In this document: positions 24,791 to 35,970 of the stretch, in pieces
Position numbering within the stretch: the first letter of the stretch is position 1
Layout: each line of letters opens with the position of its first letter
Source of the DNA: an uncultured Actinomycetes bacterium
GTDB taxonomy: Bacteria > Actinomycetota > Thermoleophilia > Gaiellales > Gaiellaceae
DNA: 64,000 nucleotides
NCBI GenBank assembly: GCA_963794055.1
Contig: CAWCCL010000013.1
Location: 3,742-67,741, forward strand
Reading direction: 5' to 3'
Notes under the pieces: generated by a model
The model's input: the letters and a program-made list of their open reading frames with translations, nothing else
Told to the model about the DNA's origin: nothing
The model's database searches: none
Position numbers and translations under genes: made by a program

Positions 24791-27700
24791 ACCTCCGCAT
24801 ACTCGACCGGGATCTGCACGGACAGGAGCCGAGGCCCCGCGCACACTCGGTCGAGCGCCGGGCAGCCGGCGCAGTTGAACTCGCTCGGCGTGGGTCTGAA
24901 GTCGCCTTCGTCGATCCGGGCGATCGCGGCGGCGAGCTCGGCCTCCAGCCCGGAGAGGTCGTCGCGGACGAAGCTCGTAGACACGACCGCATCCGGCCTC
25001 TCGAGGAAGTGGTAGACGACCTCGACCTCGTCCGCCCCCGCCCGGAAGCAGGCGAGCGCGTACACGAGCTGCTGCAACCGGTAGTCCGCCTGGACGATCT
25101 CCTCCGGCGTCCCCTCCGCCAGCGAATTGGTCTTGTAGTCGAGGACGAGCGCGCGGGGGCCGTCGTTCCAGTAGACGTCGAGGCGCCCGTGAAGCAGGAC
25201 GCCGTCGTGCTCGAACGCAAACGGCCGCTCGGGCGCGGCGCCCGCCAGTCCTGCGATGCGGCGCGCCAGCTCGGAGCCGCAGTAGGACTCGACGAACGCC
25301 CGGATCCGCTCGAGCTCCTCGTCGGTGGCCGCCGGATACCAGGCTCGCACGACCTCGACCTCCGGGACCACCGGGGCCGCCAGGTCGACGAGCTCGAGCA
25401 GGCGGTGGACCGCGTCGCCGACCTCGGTCGCCGCGAGCCCGGTCTGGCCCGCGACCGTGCCGTGGGCGTCCTCCGGGCGCATGCCGGCGACGCGCTCGGC
25501 GTAGTAGCGGTAGGAGCAGCGATCGAAGAGCGCAAGCGCGCTGTAGGAGAGCCTGCGCACCCGGTGGATCGGCGGCGCCGGTACGTGCGCGAGCTTCGGC
25601 AGCCGGGGCGCCGGGGGCGGCAGCGGCGCCAGCTCCTCGCCGACGAAGAGCTCCAGCTGGCCCTCTGCGGGGACGGCGGGCTCCGGGACAGACAAGGGCG
25701 TTCCCGCCTCCTCCCGGTAGCGGTCGACCCGCACGAGCAGCCGCGCGCCGTCGCGGACGAGCTCGACCGGGCCGTCTCCGGCGGCGTCGAGCTCCTGCGC
25801 CTCGAGCCGCGCCAGCACCCAGCCGATGGGCGTGGCCTGGTCGGCGTCGCGCGTCGGGTCGATCGCGCCCGAGACGATCAGCCGGTCGACGGCGCGCGTC
25901 ATCGCGACGTAGTAGAGGCGAAGCCGCTCGGCGCGCTCGGCCTCCCGCTCGGCCTCGCGCACCTGCTCGTACTCGAAGGCGGGGCGGCGCGAGCCGGTGG
26001 CCGGGTCGGCGACGCGGAAGCCGAAGCGGCCGTCGGGCAGGCAGAGGATCTCGTCCGGTGAGGGCGCGTTTCGGTCTCGCCCCGCGTCGGCGACGATCAC
26101 TACCTTGAACTCGAGCCCCTTCGCCGAGTGGATGGTGAGCAGCCGCACGGCATCGGCGTCCTCCTCCTCGGCGACGGCCTCGAGCTCGCGTGCGCCTACC
26201 GCTTCCTGCTCGCGGACGAAGCGCACGAAGCCCTCGATATCCCGCCCGCGCAGCTCCTCGTAGGAGCGAGCCAGCCGGGCGAGCTTGCGCATGTTCGCGT
26301 AGCGCCGGCGCCCGTCCCACTGCGTGAGCACGGCGAGGTCGTAGTCGTGGTCGGCGACGATGCGCTCGCAGAGCTGCTCGAGGGAGAGCCCGTTCGCGGC
26401 CGCCGCGAGGCGCTCGAACCGCTGGAGGAAGGCGCGGCAGAAGCGCCGGTCCTCGTCGGAGAGGTCGGCGGGGAGGCCGCGCTCGAAGGGGAGGAAGAGC
26501 GGCCGGCGCGGCGCCGCGCGCCGGATCAGCAGGAGCGCGTCGTTCGAGAGTCCGACGAACGGCGAGGCGAGCACGGTGACGAGTGCCTCGTCGTCGTAGC
26601 GGTTGTGCAGGAGGCGCAGGTAGGCGAGCAGGTCGACGACCTGCTGCTGGCCGAAGTACCCGCGCCCGGTCGAACGGTAGGTCTGCAGGCCGGCCCTGCG
26701 CAGCTCCTCCTCGTAGTGCTCCGCGTCGGTGCCGGCGGCGAAGAGGAGGACGATCTCGCCCGCGCTCGCCTCGCCGGAGTCCACCAGCTGCTGCACGCGC
26801 GCGGCGATGTGGCGCGCCTCGGCGCGGCGCCAGTGCGTCTTCGTCCCGGCGTACGTGGACTTGTCCGTCACGAGCAGCTCGACGGGCGCGCCGAAGACCG
26901 GGTCGGGGAAGCGCCCGGCGGCCTCGAGCGGCTGGAAGTCCTCGCCGAACTCGCTCGAGAAGAGGTGGTTGACGGCGGCGAGCACCTCCGGGCGGGAGCG
27001 GTAGTTCTGCGTGAGCGCGAGCACGCCGCCCGACCGCTCGCGACGCTCGCGGAAGACCTCCACGTCGGCGTGCCGGAAACGGTAGATCGACTGGAACTCG
27101 TCGCCGACGAAGAAGAGCTCCTTCTCCTCCGGGCCCTCCGCGAGCAGGTCGACGATCTCGCACTGGAGGCGGTTCGTATCCTGGAACTCGTCCACCATGA
27201 TCGAGCGGAACCGCCAGCTCTCGCGCTCCCGAACGGCCGGGTCGGCGCGCAGGAGGTCGCGCGCGGCGAGCTGGAGATCCTCGAAGTCGAGAGCGGACTC
27301 TCGGTCCTTCGCGGCCCGGAAGGCGACGCCGAAGCGCTCCAACAGGTCCTGTAGGAGGTCGCGGTCGCGCGCGGCCAGCTCGTCGAGCGCCGCCTGCTCG
27401 ACGCCGCGCCGGGCCTCCTCGTAGCTCGCCGCCCGCTCACCACGGGCCTTCAGCTCGCCGAGGTCGAGCAGGCGCTCCGGCAGCGTCCGCTCGTCCAGGA
27501 CCTCCAGCGCCCGAAGAGCCGTGGCGCGCGCCGAATCCCCCGCATCCTCGTCTGAGGCCAGGCGCGCGCGCGGCCTCGCGGAGCTCCTCGACGCGCGCCG
27601 GCAGGCCGAGGCGCTCGCCGAGCTCGAGGACGAGCGGCCGCCCCGCTGCGCGCAGCGTCTCGTGGACGCCCGTGAGCATGCGGCGTAGCCCCCGGACGCC

Positions 27701-28150
27701 GTAGGTCGAGAGCAGGGCGAGGCGCTCCTCGTCGCCGTCGGCGCAGAACTCCGTCAGCGCCTGCTCGAAGGCCTCGCGCTGGAGGACGCGCGCTTGCGCG
27801 TCGTCGAGGACGCGGAAGCGCGGGTCGATCCCGGCCGCGAACGGATGCGCGCGCAGGAGCCGGTGGCAGAAGCCGTGGATCGTCGAGATCCACGCAGCGT
27901 CCAGCTCGCGCGCGAGCTCGGGGCGGCCGGCCTCGGCGAGGCGGGAGCGGATGCGGTCGCGCAGCTCGCCCGCAGCGCGCTCGGTGTAGGTGATCACAAG
28001 CAGGGAGTCGACGTCGAGCCCGCGCTCGCAGACCGCCTTGACAAAGCGCTCGACGAGCACCGTCGTCTTCCCCGTCCCGGCGCCGGCGCTTACGAAGACG
28101 ACGCCCGGGGCCTCGATGGCCGCGGCCTGCTCGGGGTTCGGGGCGTTCAC
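24787..28150 (-). pseudogene. addA: UvrD/PcrA-type helicase with C-terminal RecB-like nuclease (AddA/AdnB-like), one frameshift
   Basis: GTG at 28150 overlaps the addB-like stop. Motifs AGAGTGKTT, MVDEFQDTN, QNYRS, and the nuclease motif VLDYKT...QLLVYALA are present. The frame changes in the (GC)n run near 27562-27572. Confidence 0.8.
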
Positions 28151-31075
28151 TGGCGCCTCACCCTGCACATCGGGGCGAGGTCGCACCAGGACGGGCAGCC
28201 GGCGTCGCCCAGCGGGTCGTGCTTCACCTCGCCGCCGCGGATGCGGCCGACGAAGCCGCGCGCATGCTCGGTCGCGCGGTCGATCTGAGCCCAGAAGTCG
28301 TCCTCGTCGCGGTAGTCGTTCTTCTGGAAGCCGGGGATTCCGTCGTCCCGCGCTGAGGCCCGAAGGAGCCCGCGCGCCTCGCCCTCCCCGGCGAGCGCGC
28401 GGTAGAGCCCGCCGAGCGGCTCGATCCCGACGAGGTCGCGCAGGACGAGCATGTAGAGCGGGATCTGGAGCCGAAGCTCCGAGTCGATCTTCGCTGCGGA
28501 GAACGCGGTCTTCCCCGACTTGTAGTCCCACACGATCCCGCGCGTGCTGAACGGGTCAACGTCGATGCGGTCGATCTTCCCTGAGAGCGAGAAGCCGCCC
28601 AGGTCGAGCCCGCGCTGCAGCTCGGGCGACGAGCGTTCCGTCCCGAACGAGACCTCGAAGCGGCGCGGGACGAGCGGCGTCTCCGCCTCGGCCTCGTCGC
28701 GGACGAAGTGCTCCAGGTCGCGCCAGAGCTGGCCTTCGAGCTCGCGTCGCTCGAGGTCGGTGAGCTCCTGCCGCACGCCTTCGATCGCCTCCTCGAGGCA
28801 GCGGCGCAGGAAGCGGACGGCATCGTCGACGCGCTCGGCCTCGACCCGCTCGGTGCCCACCTCCTTCGGGAGGCCTGCGAAGAAGTGGTGGAGCGCCGTG
28901 TGCGCGATCGAGCCGCGCAGCTTCGCGTCCACCTCGGCGTCGATCGACCTCGGCGAGATGAGCCGCTCAACGAACCAGATGGAGGAGCAGGACGCGAACG
29001 CCTCGAGCTCCGTGACGTTGAAGCTCGTGCGGGCCTCGAGCTCGGCCAGCACCGCCGGGTTCGTCAGCTCGGTCTTCCGCTGGAACGCGGAGCGCGCCCG
29101 CTGCAGCCGCCGCTCCCATCCGTTGGCCGCCGCGAGCGCCTCGGCCCCGAACGGGTCACCCACCGCCAGCGCCGCGAGCGCCCGGAGCCGCTCGCGCTCG
29201 GTCGGCGCGTCGTCGAGCGGCCAGGTGAGCGCCGAGAGCGGGCGCCTGCGCGTCCAGCGCCCGACGTCCGCCTGATCGAAAAGTGTGCGCGTCTCGTCCC
29301 AGAAGGGGCTCGCCAGACGAGGCGACCCGTCGTCGGTAGCAGCCTCGCGGACGAGGTAGAGCCGGCGCGACGGGCGCGTGCAGGCCGCGTAGAAGAGGTA
29401 GCGCTCGCGCGCGACCGGCTCCGGGCGCACGAGCCGGGAGCGCGTCCGGTCGTCGAGGGCCCGGCGGGCGTCGTCGTCGAGGAACGGCGAGGGCGAGGCC
29501 CGGCGCGGGAGGCTTCCCTCCTCCAGGCCGAGCACGAAGACGACCTCGAAGCGCCGCGTCCTCGCGCGCTGGAGGTCGAGCACGGCGACACGTCCCGGCT
29601 CCGCTCGCGACGCGAGCACGACCGGCAAGCGCTCGAGCGCCGCGAGCACATCCTCGCGCGAGAGCTCGCCGGCGAGCCGCTGCCAGCCCTCCAGCTCCTG
29701 CAGGAGCCGCCCCACGGCCTCGAAGGCGCGCAGGTCGAGGCGGGAGGCCTCGCCGACCGGCGGCGCCTCGAGCCCGTGCGCGCCGCGCAGCATCCCGCGC
29801 CCGAGGACGCGGACGGCCTCGGTAGGAGTGGCGGCCGCGCGGACGTCGCCGAGCACGGGGAGCGGCTGGCCGCGCAGGCCGACGACGCGCTCCTCGACGT
29901 CAGACCGGATCCCGAGGCCGCGGAGGCGGCCTTCGAGATAGTCCGCGGAGGCCCGCGGGAGGCCGGAGTAGGAAGAGCGGAGGAAGCCGAACAGGTCTCG
30001 CCGGCTCTCCGTCAGCCAGAGGAAGCGGAGCGCGGAGAGGAGTGCATGGCCGAACGGTGTCTGCCCGAGGCGGACGCGTCCCTCGACCGCATAGGGGACG
30101 CCGGCCGCCGAGAAAGCCGTCTCGAGCGGTGCGCGCAGCCGGTCGACGGACGGGCAGACGAGCCCGATCGCCTCCGGAGCGGTGCCGTCCCGCAGGAGGT
30201 CGAGAACCTCGTCCGCGACGAGCTCCAGCGAGGCGCGGGCACCGGCGCCCTCCAGAAAGCGGACGGCGCCCTCGAGCGGCGGCGGCTCAGGCCCCGGCCC
30301 GTCGACGAAGAGCGCGCGCTCCAGGTGCGCCAGGGCGGGGTGGGCGATCTCTGCGTACGCAGGCGGCAGCTCCTCCACGCGGCCGCCGGCCAGCCCGGCC
30401 GAGATCTTCGGCGACCCGGCCGAGGGAGGCGAACGCGGGCCGCCCGGGCTCGTAGGGGAGCGAGACGTGGACGTCCGCGCGACCGGCGAGCGCCTGCAGG
30501 AGCGCCCACTGCGCCCCGGTGAGATCCTCGAAGCCGTAGGCGAGGACGGGCCGGCCGTCCCACGCCTCGAGCTCCCCCTCCACCCGCTCCACCGCGTGGC
30601 GGCGCTCGAGGTCGCGGTCCCACAGGCCGAGCCCTGCGAGCTCGTCGCGGTAGCCGGCGTAGAGGCCGGCGAGGTCGCCCTCGACGTTGGCGGGCTCGAC
30701 GAGGCCGGACTCGAGCTCCGAGATGGCGCCGAGCAGCGTGTCGCCGAAGCCGGAGAAGCGTGCCGAGGCGCCCAGCCCGTTCAGGCTCGCGCCCGCGAGG
30801 ACCCGCCGGACGACGAGCGCGCGCTGGGCGTCCGAGGCGACCTCGCGCCGCTCCCCGTCTCCGCGCGCGATCCGCTCGAAGAGGTCGTCGAACGTGCCGA
30901 TGGACCCGCCCAGGAGCGCCGGACGGCGCGCCAGCAGGTCGCGCTCCACGCGATCGACTTCCGCCCGGTTCGGGACCACGAGATACGGCTCGCGGTCGAG
31001 GTTCTCCAGGTAGCGATCGAGGAGCCGCGAGACTTTCCCGGCGTTCGCCGGGCCAACCAGCAACGCCAGCGGCAC
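28147..31075 (-). pseudogene. addB: AddB/AdnA-like helicase-nuclease subunit (PD-(D/E)XK plus C-terminal Cys cluster), one frameshift
   Basis: N-terminus MPLALLVGPANAGKV (degenerate Walker A). C-terminal IVWDYKSGK and CPSWCDLAPMC. The frames join near 30390-30405 (..RVAEDL | AGLAGGRVEELPPAYAEI..). Confidence 0.75.
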
Positions 31076-31086
31076 CGATGTAGTTT

Positions 31087-31128
31087 AGATGCCCGAGCGG
31101 AGACCACAGATGCCCGGCCGGAGACCAC
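31087..31128. repeat. Two tandem 21-bp direct repeats just upstream of the addB-like start (candidate operator)
   Basis: AGATGCCCGAGCGGAGACCAC followed by AGATGCCCGGCCGGAGACCAC (19/21 identical). They end 12 nt from the GTG at 31075. Confidence 0.85.
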
Positions 31129-31179
31129 CGCGCCCACGCTGGGCACCCGGCCGGGCGTCCAGCGCCCTGAGCGAGGCCG

Positions 31180-31374
31180 CTAGGCGGCCGACTTCGGCCG
31201 GCGGCCGCGGCGGGCGGCGGCGTGGCCGGGCATCGTGCCGGCGCAGTCGTCGCAGAGGTCGGCGGCCTTGGCGCCGCGGCGGGCGTCCGTGTAGGTGAGG
31301 CGCAGCGCAGCGCCCTTGCCCTCGCCCACCTCGGCCCCACAGTTGTCGCACACGAGAATTGTCTTTCGAGCCAC
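31180..31374 (-). CDS. Small CxxC...CxxC zinc-ribbon protein with a basic tail
   Basis: 64 aa: MARKTILVCDNCGAEV...ADLCDDCAGT...RRGRRPKSAA. It is co-oriented with and directly upstream of the addB-like gene. Confidence 0.55.
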   Translation of the reverse strand: MARKTILVCDNCGAEVGEGKGAALRLTYTDARRGAKAADLCDDCAGTMPGHAAARRGRRPKSAA

Positions 31375-31419
31375 GCCATTCCTCCTACAGTTGTCGGTTC
31401 TCGGGGAGTTCCCTGAACT

Positions 31420-32602
31420 CTACTCGGAGGAAATGCGTGCCTGCAAAAAGGAGGCCATTGGACGCGCGTTCCCCCGCAACCTGTTGTCAACGACGGTGGC
31501 GTCGGCGCCGTAGTGCGAGACGATGCCGAAACCCATTCGCGTCCGGTCTTCGGATTCGCGGTCGGGAAGCGTCCCGAAGACGGAATTCCCTTCGATCCGG
31601 CACATTGAATAGTCGCCGCAGAAAATCCCCACGCCAAGCGCGTCGTCCACCTCGTTCTCCCGCACGTCCGCCATGGACATCTCCGTGAGCGTGATCCCGC
31701 GAAGACTCGTCCCACTCACGCGGTTTTCCCTTACGAGCACGTGCGCGAAGTGCGTCACGATCCCCTCCATTCCCCCGACCACAGTGCAGCCTTCGATCGT
31801 GGAGGGAGCAAGGTCAAAGCCGAACGAGACGTCGATTCCCTGCGCGTGCGTCCCCACGAGCTCCCGGACGACGCAATCGCGGATCGTCACGGTCGAGCGC
31901 CGCACGTTGATCCCGTCGCGCGTAGCACCGAGCACGGTCACCCGCTCGAGCAGCACCCGCTCGGCGCCGTCGACCTCGATTCCGTGCTCGCCGCCGATCA
32001 CGGTCACGTCGCTGACCGTCACGTCGTTCGCGGTCACGACGATGCCGCCGCGAACGACGGCGCCGGGCTCCGCGAGCAGCCGCTGCGACCGGTCGAGGAT
32101 CAGGGGACCTCGTGGATCCCCGCCTCGAGCCGCACGACCGGCGGCTGCGTCGCCCAGGCGACGCCGGCGGCGGCGGCGACCACGAGCCAGAGCGGTCGCG
32201 GCGACGGCCGCCCCGGCGCGGCCGAGCTCTCCGCCGTCGTCCGCGTACGAGAGCCGGGCGAGCGGGAAGACCGCGTGGCCGAGCGCCTGGGCGAGGAGCC
32301 ACGAGCCTGCGTAGAACGCGAGCGCGGCCACGAGCGGCGCATCGACGTGGAGCAGGCGCGCGAGCCCCATGACCACGCCGAGCTCAAGGAGCCCGAGCGG
32401 CAGCGCGGCCCAGCCGGGCTGGTACGGAAGGAGGCGGTGGTAGAGCGAGGGCTTCGAGCGCGAGCCCGACCGCGAGCATGAGCGCTGCCAGCTCGAACGG
32501 CCACCAAGCCTGGAGAGCCAGCGCGAGAACGCAGGCGGCGAGGAGCGGCGCCAGCGCGGCCGCCAGCCGCGAGTCGAGCCTCCCCCTCAGCGTGTACGCC
32601 AT
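31420..32602 (-). pseudogene. Membrane-anchored right-handed beta-helix repeat protein (NosD/pectin-lyase fold), one frameshift
   Basis: The N-terminal TM region starts at MAYTLRGRLD (32602). The frame changes near 32441-32456 (..LALEA | SLYHRLLPYQPGW..). The C-terminus has repeated ..V.V.D..V.G...GI.V.. beta-helix coils. Confidence 0.6.
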
Positions 32603-33691
32603 GACTGGATCCTCCGCAGGAAACCGCGGGCCGCGTACTTCGCGCCCACGAGGGTGTCGGCGGCCGGGTACGCCCACTGGGCGGGCGCGCCTGCGAGCGC
32701 GAGAGTCCGCACGTCGTCGGTCAGCGCGGGAACGGTTGAGTCGGGAGCGAGGACGATCCAGCCTTCCGCCGTCTCGAGCCCATGCGCGGCCACGAAGCCG
32801 GCCAGGAGCGGATCGTGACCGAAGCCGCGCTTGAACCCGGTAGCGCAGATGACCTGCTCGGCTCCGTTCGGCTCAGCCGCGACGAGGAAACGCCCCTCGC
32901 GCCGGGCGTGCTCGAGCGGCTCGTCCCAGGCGCGTCCGGCCGGGTACGAGGGCGCGGAAAATCGGCGCAGGAGCTCGACCCGCTCGGCCGGCTCGGTCCG
33001 GTGGTAAGCGGCCAGCCCCCGCCGGGTGAAGAGCTCGCGGGGGAGATTGAGCGGCCGCCGCTCGGGCTCGCGCCGGCGCACCGAGACGACGACTCCGCCG
33101 GCGGCCAGCGCGTTCAGCCACTCGGTAGCGGCCGCCATCCCGGCCCCGATGATCTCGACGCTGTCGGCGTAGTCGTGCGGCTCGTAGGCGTGAACGGCGC
33201 GGGGGTCGCCCTCGAGGTCTTCAGGGAAGGCGAGCCCCGGATGGCCGGGCGCGAGCAGGACGTGGCGGAAGACGCCGTGCCCGTCGAGCTCGAACCCTCC
33301 GTCGACCGCGCGCAGCCGCCGAACGCGGGCCGCGGCGGAAGCTCGCGTCCCAGCCGGACGCGGCGCGCAGCTCGGCGACATGCTCCAGGAACTCCCCGAC
33401 GCCGGGGTGGTAGCGGTCGCAGGCGGTCTGGACGAGGGGGACGGCGCTGCGGCGGCGAAGCGCCGCGCGGACGGCCAGGCCCGGGAAAGTCGTCGGCGAG
33501 CAGTGGCCGTCGCTCTCGGAGCGCATGCGCCGCTGTCGGATCGCCGCCGCCCGCATGCGCCAGACGGCCGCCGGGTCCGGGTCCGTTCCGAACACGGCGA
33601 TTTCGGCCGGGGAGAGCCCCCCTTTCCGAAGCGTTGCATGCGCGACGAAGCCGGCGAGGCCCCCGCCGACGATTGCGCACGGTTCCGGCAT
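32587..33691 (-). pseudogene. FAD-dependent oxidoreductase (two dinucleotide-binding motifs), one frameshift
   Basis: N-terminus MPEPCAIVGGGLAGFV and a second motif VEIIGAGMAAATEW. The frames join near 33325-33340 (..WDASFRRG | ARVRRLRAVDGGFELDGHG..). Confidence 0.6.
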
Positions 33692-33701
33692 GGTCTTGAC
33701 G

Positions 33702-34595
33702 CTACTTGACGGAGCCTGCAAGCAGCCCCTGCACGAAGTAGCGCTGGAAGGCGAAGAAGACCACGAGCGGGATGGCTAGCGACACGAACGACGCCGGCGC
33801 GATCAGCTCGATGTTGGCGCCGAACTGGCGGAGCTGGGAGAAGATCGCAACCGTGATCGGCTGCGTCTCCCGGCCGAAGGTGAGCGCGACCAGCAGGTCG
33901 TTCCACGCCCAGAGAAACTGGAAGATGGCGAGCGAGGCGATCGCGGGCAGCCCAAGCGGGAGGATCAGGCGCACGAAGATGCGGATCTCGGAGGCCCCGT
34001 CGATCCGGGCCGCCTCGAGCAGCTCCTTCGGTATCCCGATGAAGAAGTTCCTGAGCAGGAAGATGGCGAACGGGAGCCCGAACGCGGTGTGGAAGAGAAC
34101 GATCCCCAGGATCGTGTCCGAGATCCCGATCGTGTTGTAGAGCGAGAACATCGGAATCAGCGCCATCTGCAGCGGAACGACGAGCAGCGCGATCACGAGG
34201 ATGAAGAGCGAGTCGCGGCCCGGGAAGTCGAGCCACGCGAACGCGTAGCCGGCGAGCGCCGCGATGAAGATCGGGAGCACCGTCCCCCCAATCGCAATCC
34301 AGAGGGTCGTCCAGAGCGACGACGTGATCGTCTCGTTGTTGAAGATGGAGCGGTAGTTGTCGAGCGTGAGCTCGCTCGGCTTCGTCAAGAACGTCCACCA
34401 CCCGTTGGACGCGAGATCGGCCGGGTCGATCAGCGAGATGACGAAGAGACCGATCGTCGGGACAAGCCAGAAGAGGCCGACGACGACCAGGATGATCTGC
34501 ACCGGCGCCTTCGCGAGGACCCGGAGGATCTTCGCCGACATCCGCTCCTCGATGACGGGCGCGGGCCGGGGCTCGGCGGCTGCAGTGGCGGCCAT
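33702..34595 (-). CDS. Carbohydrate ABC transporter permease (MalG-like)
   Basis: Six TM helices and the EAA loop ..LLEAARIDGASEIRIF.. Confidence 0.85.
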   Translation of the reverse strand: MAATAAAEPRPAPVIEERMSAKILRVLAKAPVQIILVVVGLFWLVPTIGLFVISLIDPADLASNGWWTFLTKPSELTLDNYRSIFNNETITSSLWTTLWIAIGGTVLPIFIAALAGYAFAWLDFPGRDSLFILVIALLVVPLQMALIPMFSLYNTIGISDTILGIVLFHTAFGLPFAIFLLRNFFIGIPKELLEAARIDGASEIRIFVRLILPLGLPAIASLAIFQFLWAWNDLLVALTFGRETQPITVAIFSQLRQFGANIELIAPASFVSLAIPLVVFFAFQRYFVQGLLAGSVK

Positions 34596-34601
34596 CGGTG
34601 C

Positions 34602-35957
34602 TTATGCCTCCCTCTTGAAGCGGCGGACGTTGAGCAGCAGGATCGGGATGACGAGCAGGAACAGGAAGACGGCGATCGCCGAGCCGAAGCCGTAGTTCCG
34701 GGCGGCGGTGAAGGACTCCCGCCACATCTCGAGCGCGATCACCGTGGCGTCGTCCTGCACCGAGCCCGGCGCAACGGACAGGACGATGTCGAACACCTTG
34801 AGGACGTTGATCAGCATCGTGATGAAGACGACGGTGAGGACGGGCGCGAGGAGCGGCACCGTTACCCGCCTGAACACCTGCCACTCGCTGGCGCCGTCGG
34901 TGCGGGCCGCCTCGAGCACATCACGCGGGATGGCCGCCAGGCCAGCTGCGATCACGACCATCGAGAAGCCTGCCCAGATCCAGATGTAGGAGATGATCAT
35001 CGAGGTCGTGATCAGCTGGGCGCCGAGCCACGAGATTCCTTCGGAGCGCGCAGCGAACGTGTCGGAGCCGACCGCAACCAGGTACTCGCCCTGCTCGACG
35101 TCCCCGAACGCGAACGTCCCGTCAGCCTCGGTGGTCGCCGACTCGACCGTGCCGCCGCCCGCGTCGCGAAGCTCGACCGTGACGCCGGGCAGCCCGACCT
35201 CCTCCGTCTCGACCTCGCCCGGCGTCCCTCCGCCGGGCTTGAAGTCTCTCCAGACGACACCCGTGATCCCTCCCTGGAGCGGCTCGGGCACCACGGCCTG
35301 GACGGCGTCCGCCGGCACCTCCTCGCCGGGGATGCCGGTGAGACCGAGGAGCGCCGGGTCTCCGCCCGGCGTGAGCGGTTCGTCGAGGACGAGCCCGGCT
35401 TGCGGCGTGCCCGTGATCGTGTCGACCGAGGGCTGGGCATCCGTGAGAACGCCCGAGGGGTTGAACGTGTCCTTGACGCTCACGATCACGGCGTTGATGG
35501 CGCCGACATCGGGATCCTGGGGGTACATGGCCGCGCGCCAGATGACGCCCGCCGCGAAGAGGGAGATGGCCATCGGCATGAAGACGACCGTCTTGAAGGC
35601 GACCGACCAGCTCACGCGCTCGGTCATGACGGCGAAGATGAGTCCGATCGCGGTGACGAGGGCCGGGACGACCCCCACCCAGATCGCGTTGTTCTTGATC
35701 GCGGTGACGGTGTTCGGGTCGTTGAAGAGCTCCCGGTAGTTGTCGAACCAGACGAACCCGTCGAACTGGGCTCCCTTGTCGTCGAAGAAGCTGCGGATGA
35801 ACGTCCGGATCGCCGGGAAGATCACCCACAGCCCGAGGAAGAACGCGGCAGGCGCGAGAAATCCGAGGGCGACGAGGTAGCCTCGCCAGTTCCTCGATCC
35901 GGACTCTGGCGGAGCCCCCGAGACCGGAGGCTCCGCCGTGATGCTCGCGCCGCTCAT
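34602..35957 (-). CDS. Carbohydrate ABC transporter permease (MalF-like) with an inserted SdrD-B/Cna-B-like beta-sandwich in an extracytoplasmic loop
   Basis: EAA loop ..VLEAARTDGASEWQVF... An about 165-aa loop (about nt 35028-35525) contains ITGVVWRDF..GEVETEEVGLPGVTVELRDAGGGTVESATTEADGTFAFGDVEQGEYLVAV. Confidence 0.8.
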   Translation of the reverse strand: MSGASITAEPPVSGAPPESGSRNWRGYLVALGFLAPAAFFLGLWVIFPAIRTFIRSFFDDKGAQFDGFVWFDNYRELFNDPNTVTAIKNNAIWVGVVPALVTAIGLIFAVMTERVSWSVAFKTVVFMPMAISLFAAGVIWRAAMYPQDPDVGAINAVIVSVKDTFNPSGVLTDAQPSVDTITGTPQAGLVLDEPLTPGGDPALLGLTGIPGEEVPADAVQAVVPEPLQGGITGVVWRDFKPGGGTPGEVETEEVGLPGVTVELRDAGGGTVESATTEADGTFAFGDVEQGEYLVAVGSDTFAARSEGISWLGAQLITTSMIISYIWIWAGFSMVVIAAGLAAIPRDVLEAARTDGASEWQVFRRVTVPLLAPVLTVVFITMLINVLKVFDIVLSVAPGSVQDDATVIALEMWRESFTAARNYGFGSAIAVFLFLLVIPILLLNVRRFKREA

Positions 35958-35970
35958 GCTCCGAACCTGG

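Noticed and set aside
31076-31180. LexA box or mycobacterial RecA-independent (PafBC-type) promoter motif upstream of the addAB-like operon
   Set aside because: There is no GAAC-N4-GTTC and no clear TGTC..N8..TAnnnT arrangement. Only the 21-bp tandem repeats are evident.
31180-31374. Lsr2-like nucleoid protein
   Set aside because: There is only a vague resemblance in spacing of acidic residues. The protein is Cys-ribbon based and lacks the Lsr2 C-terminal AT-hook-like RGR DNA-binding motif context.
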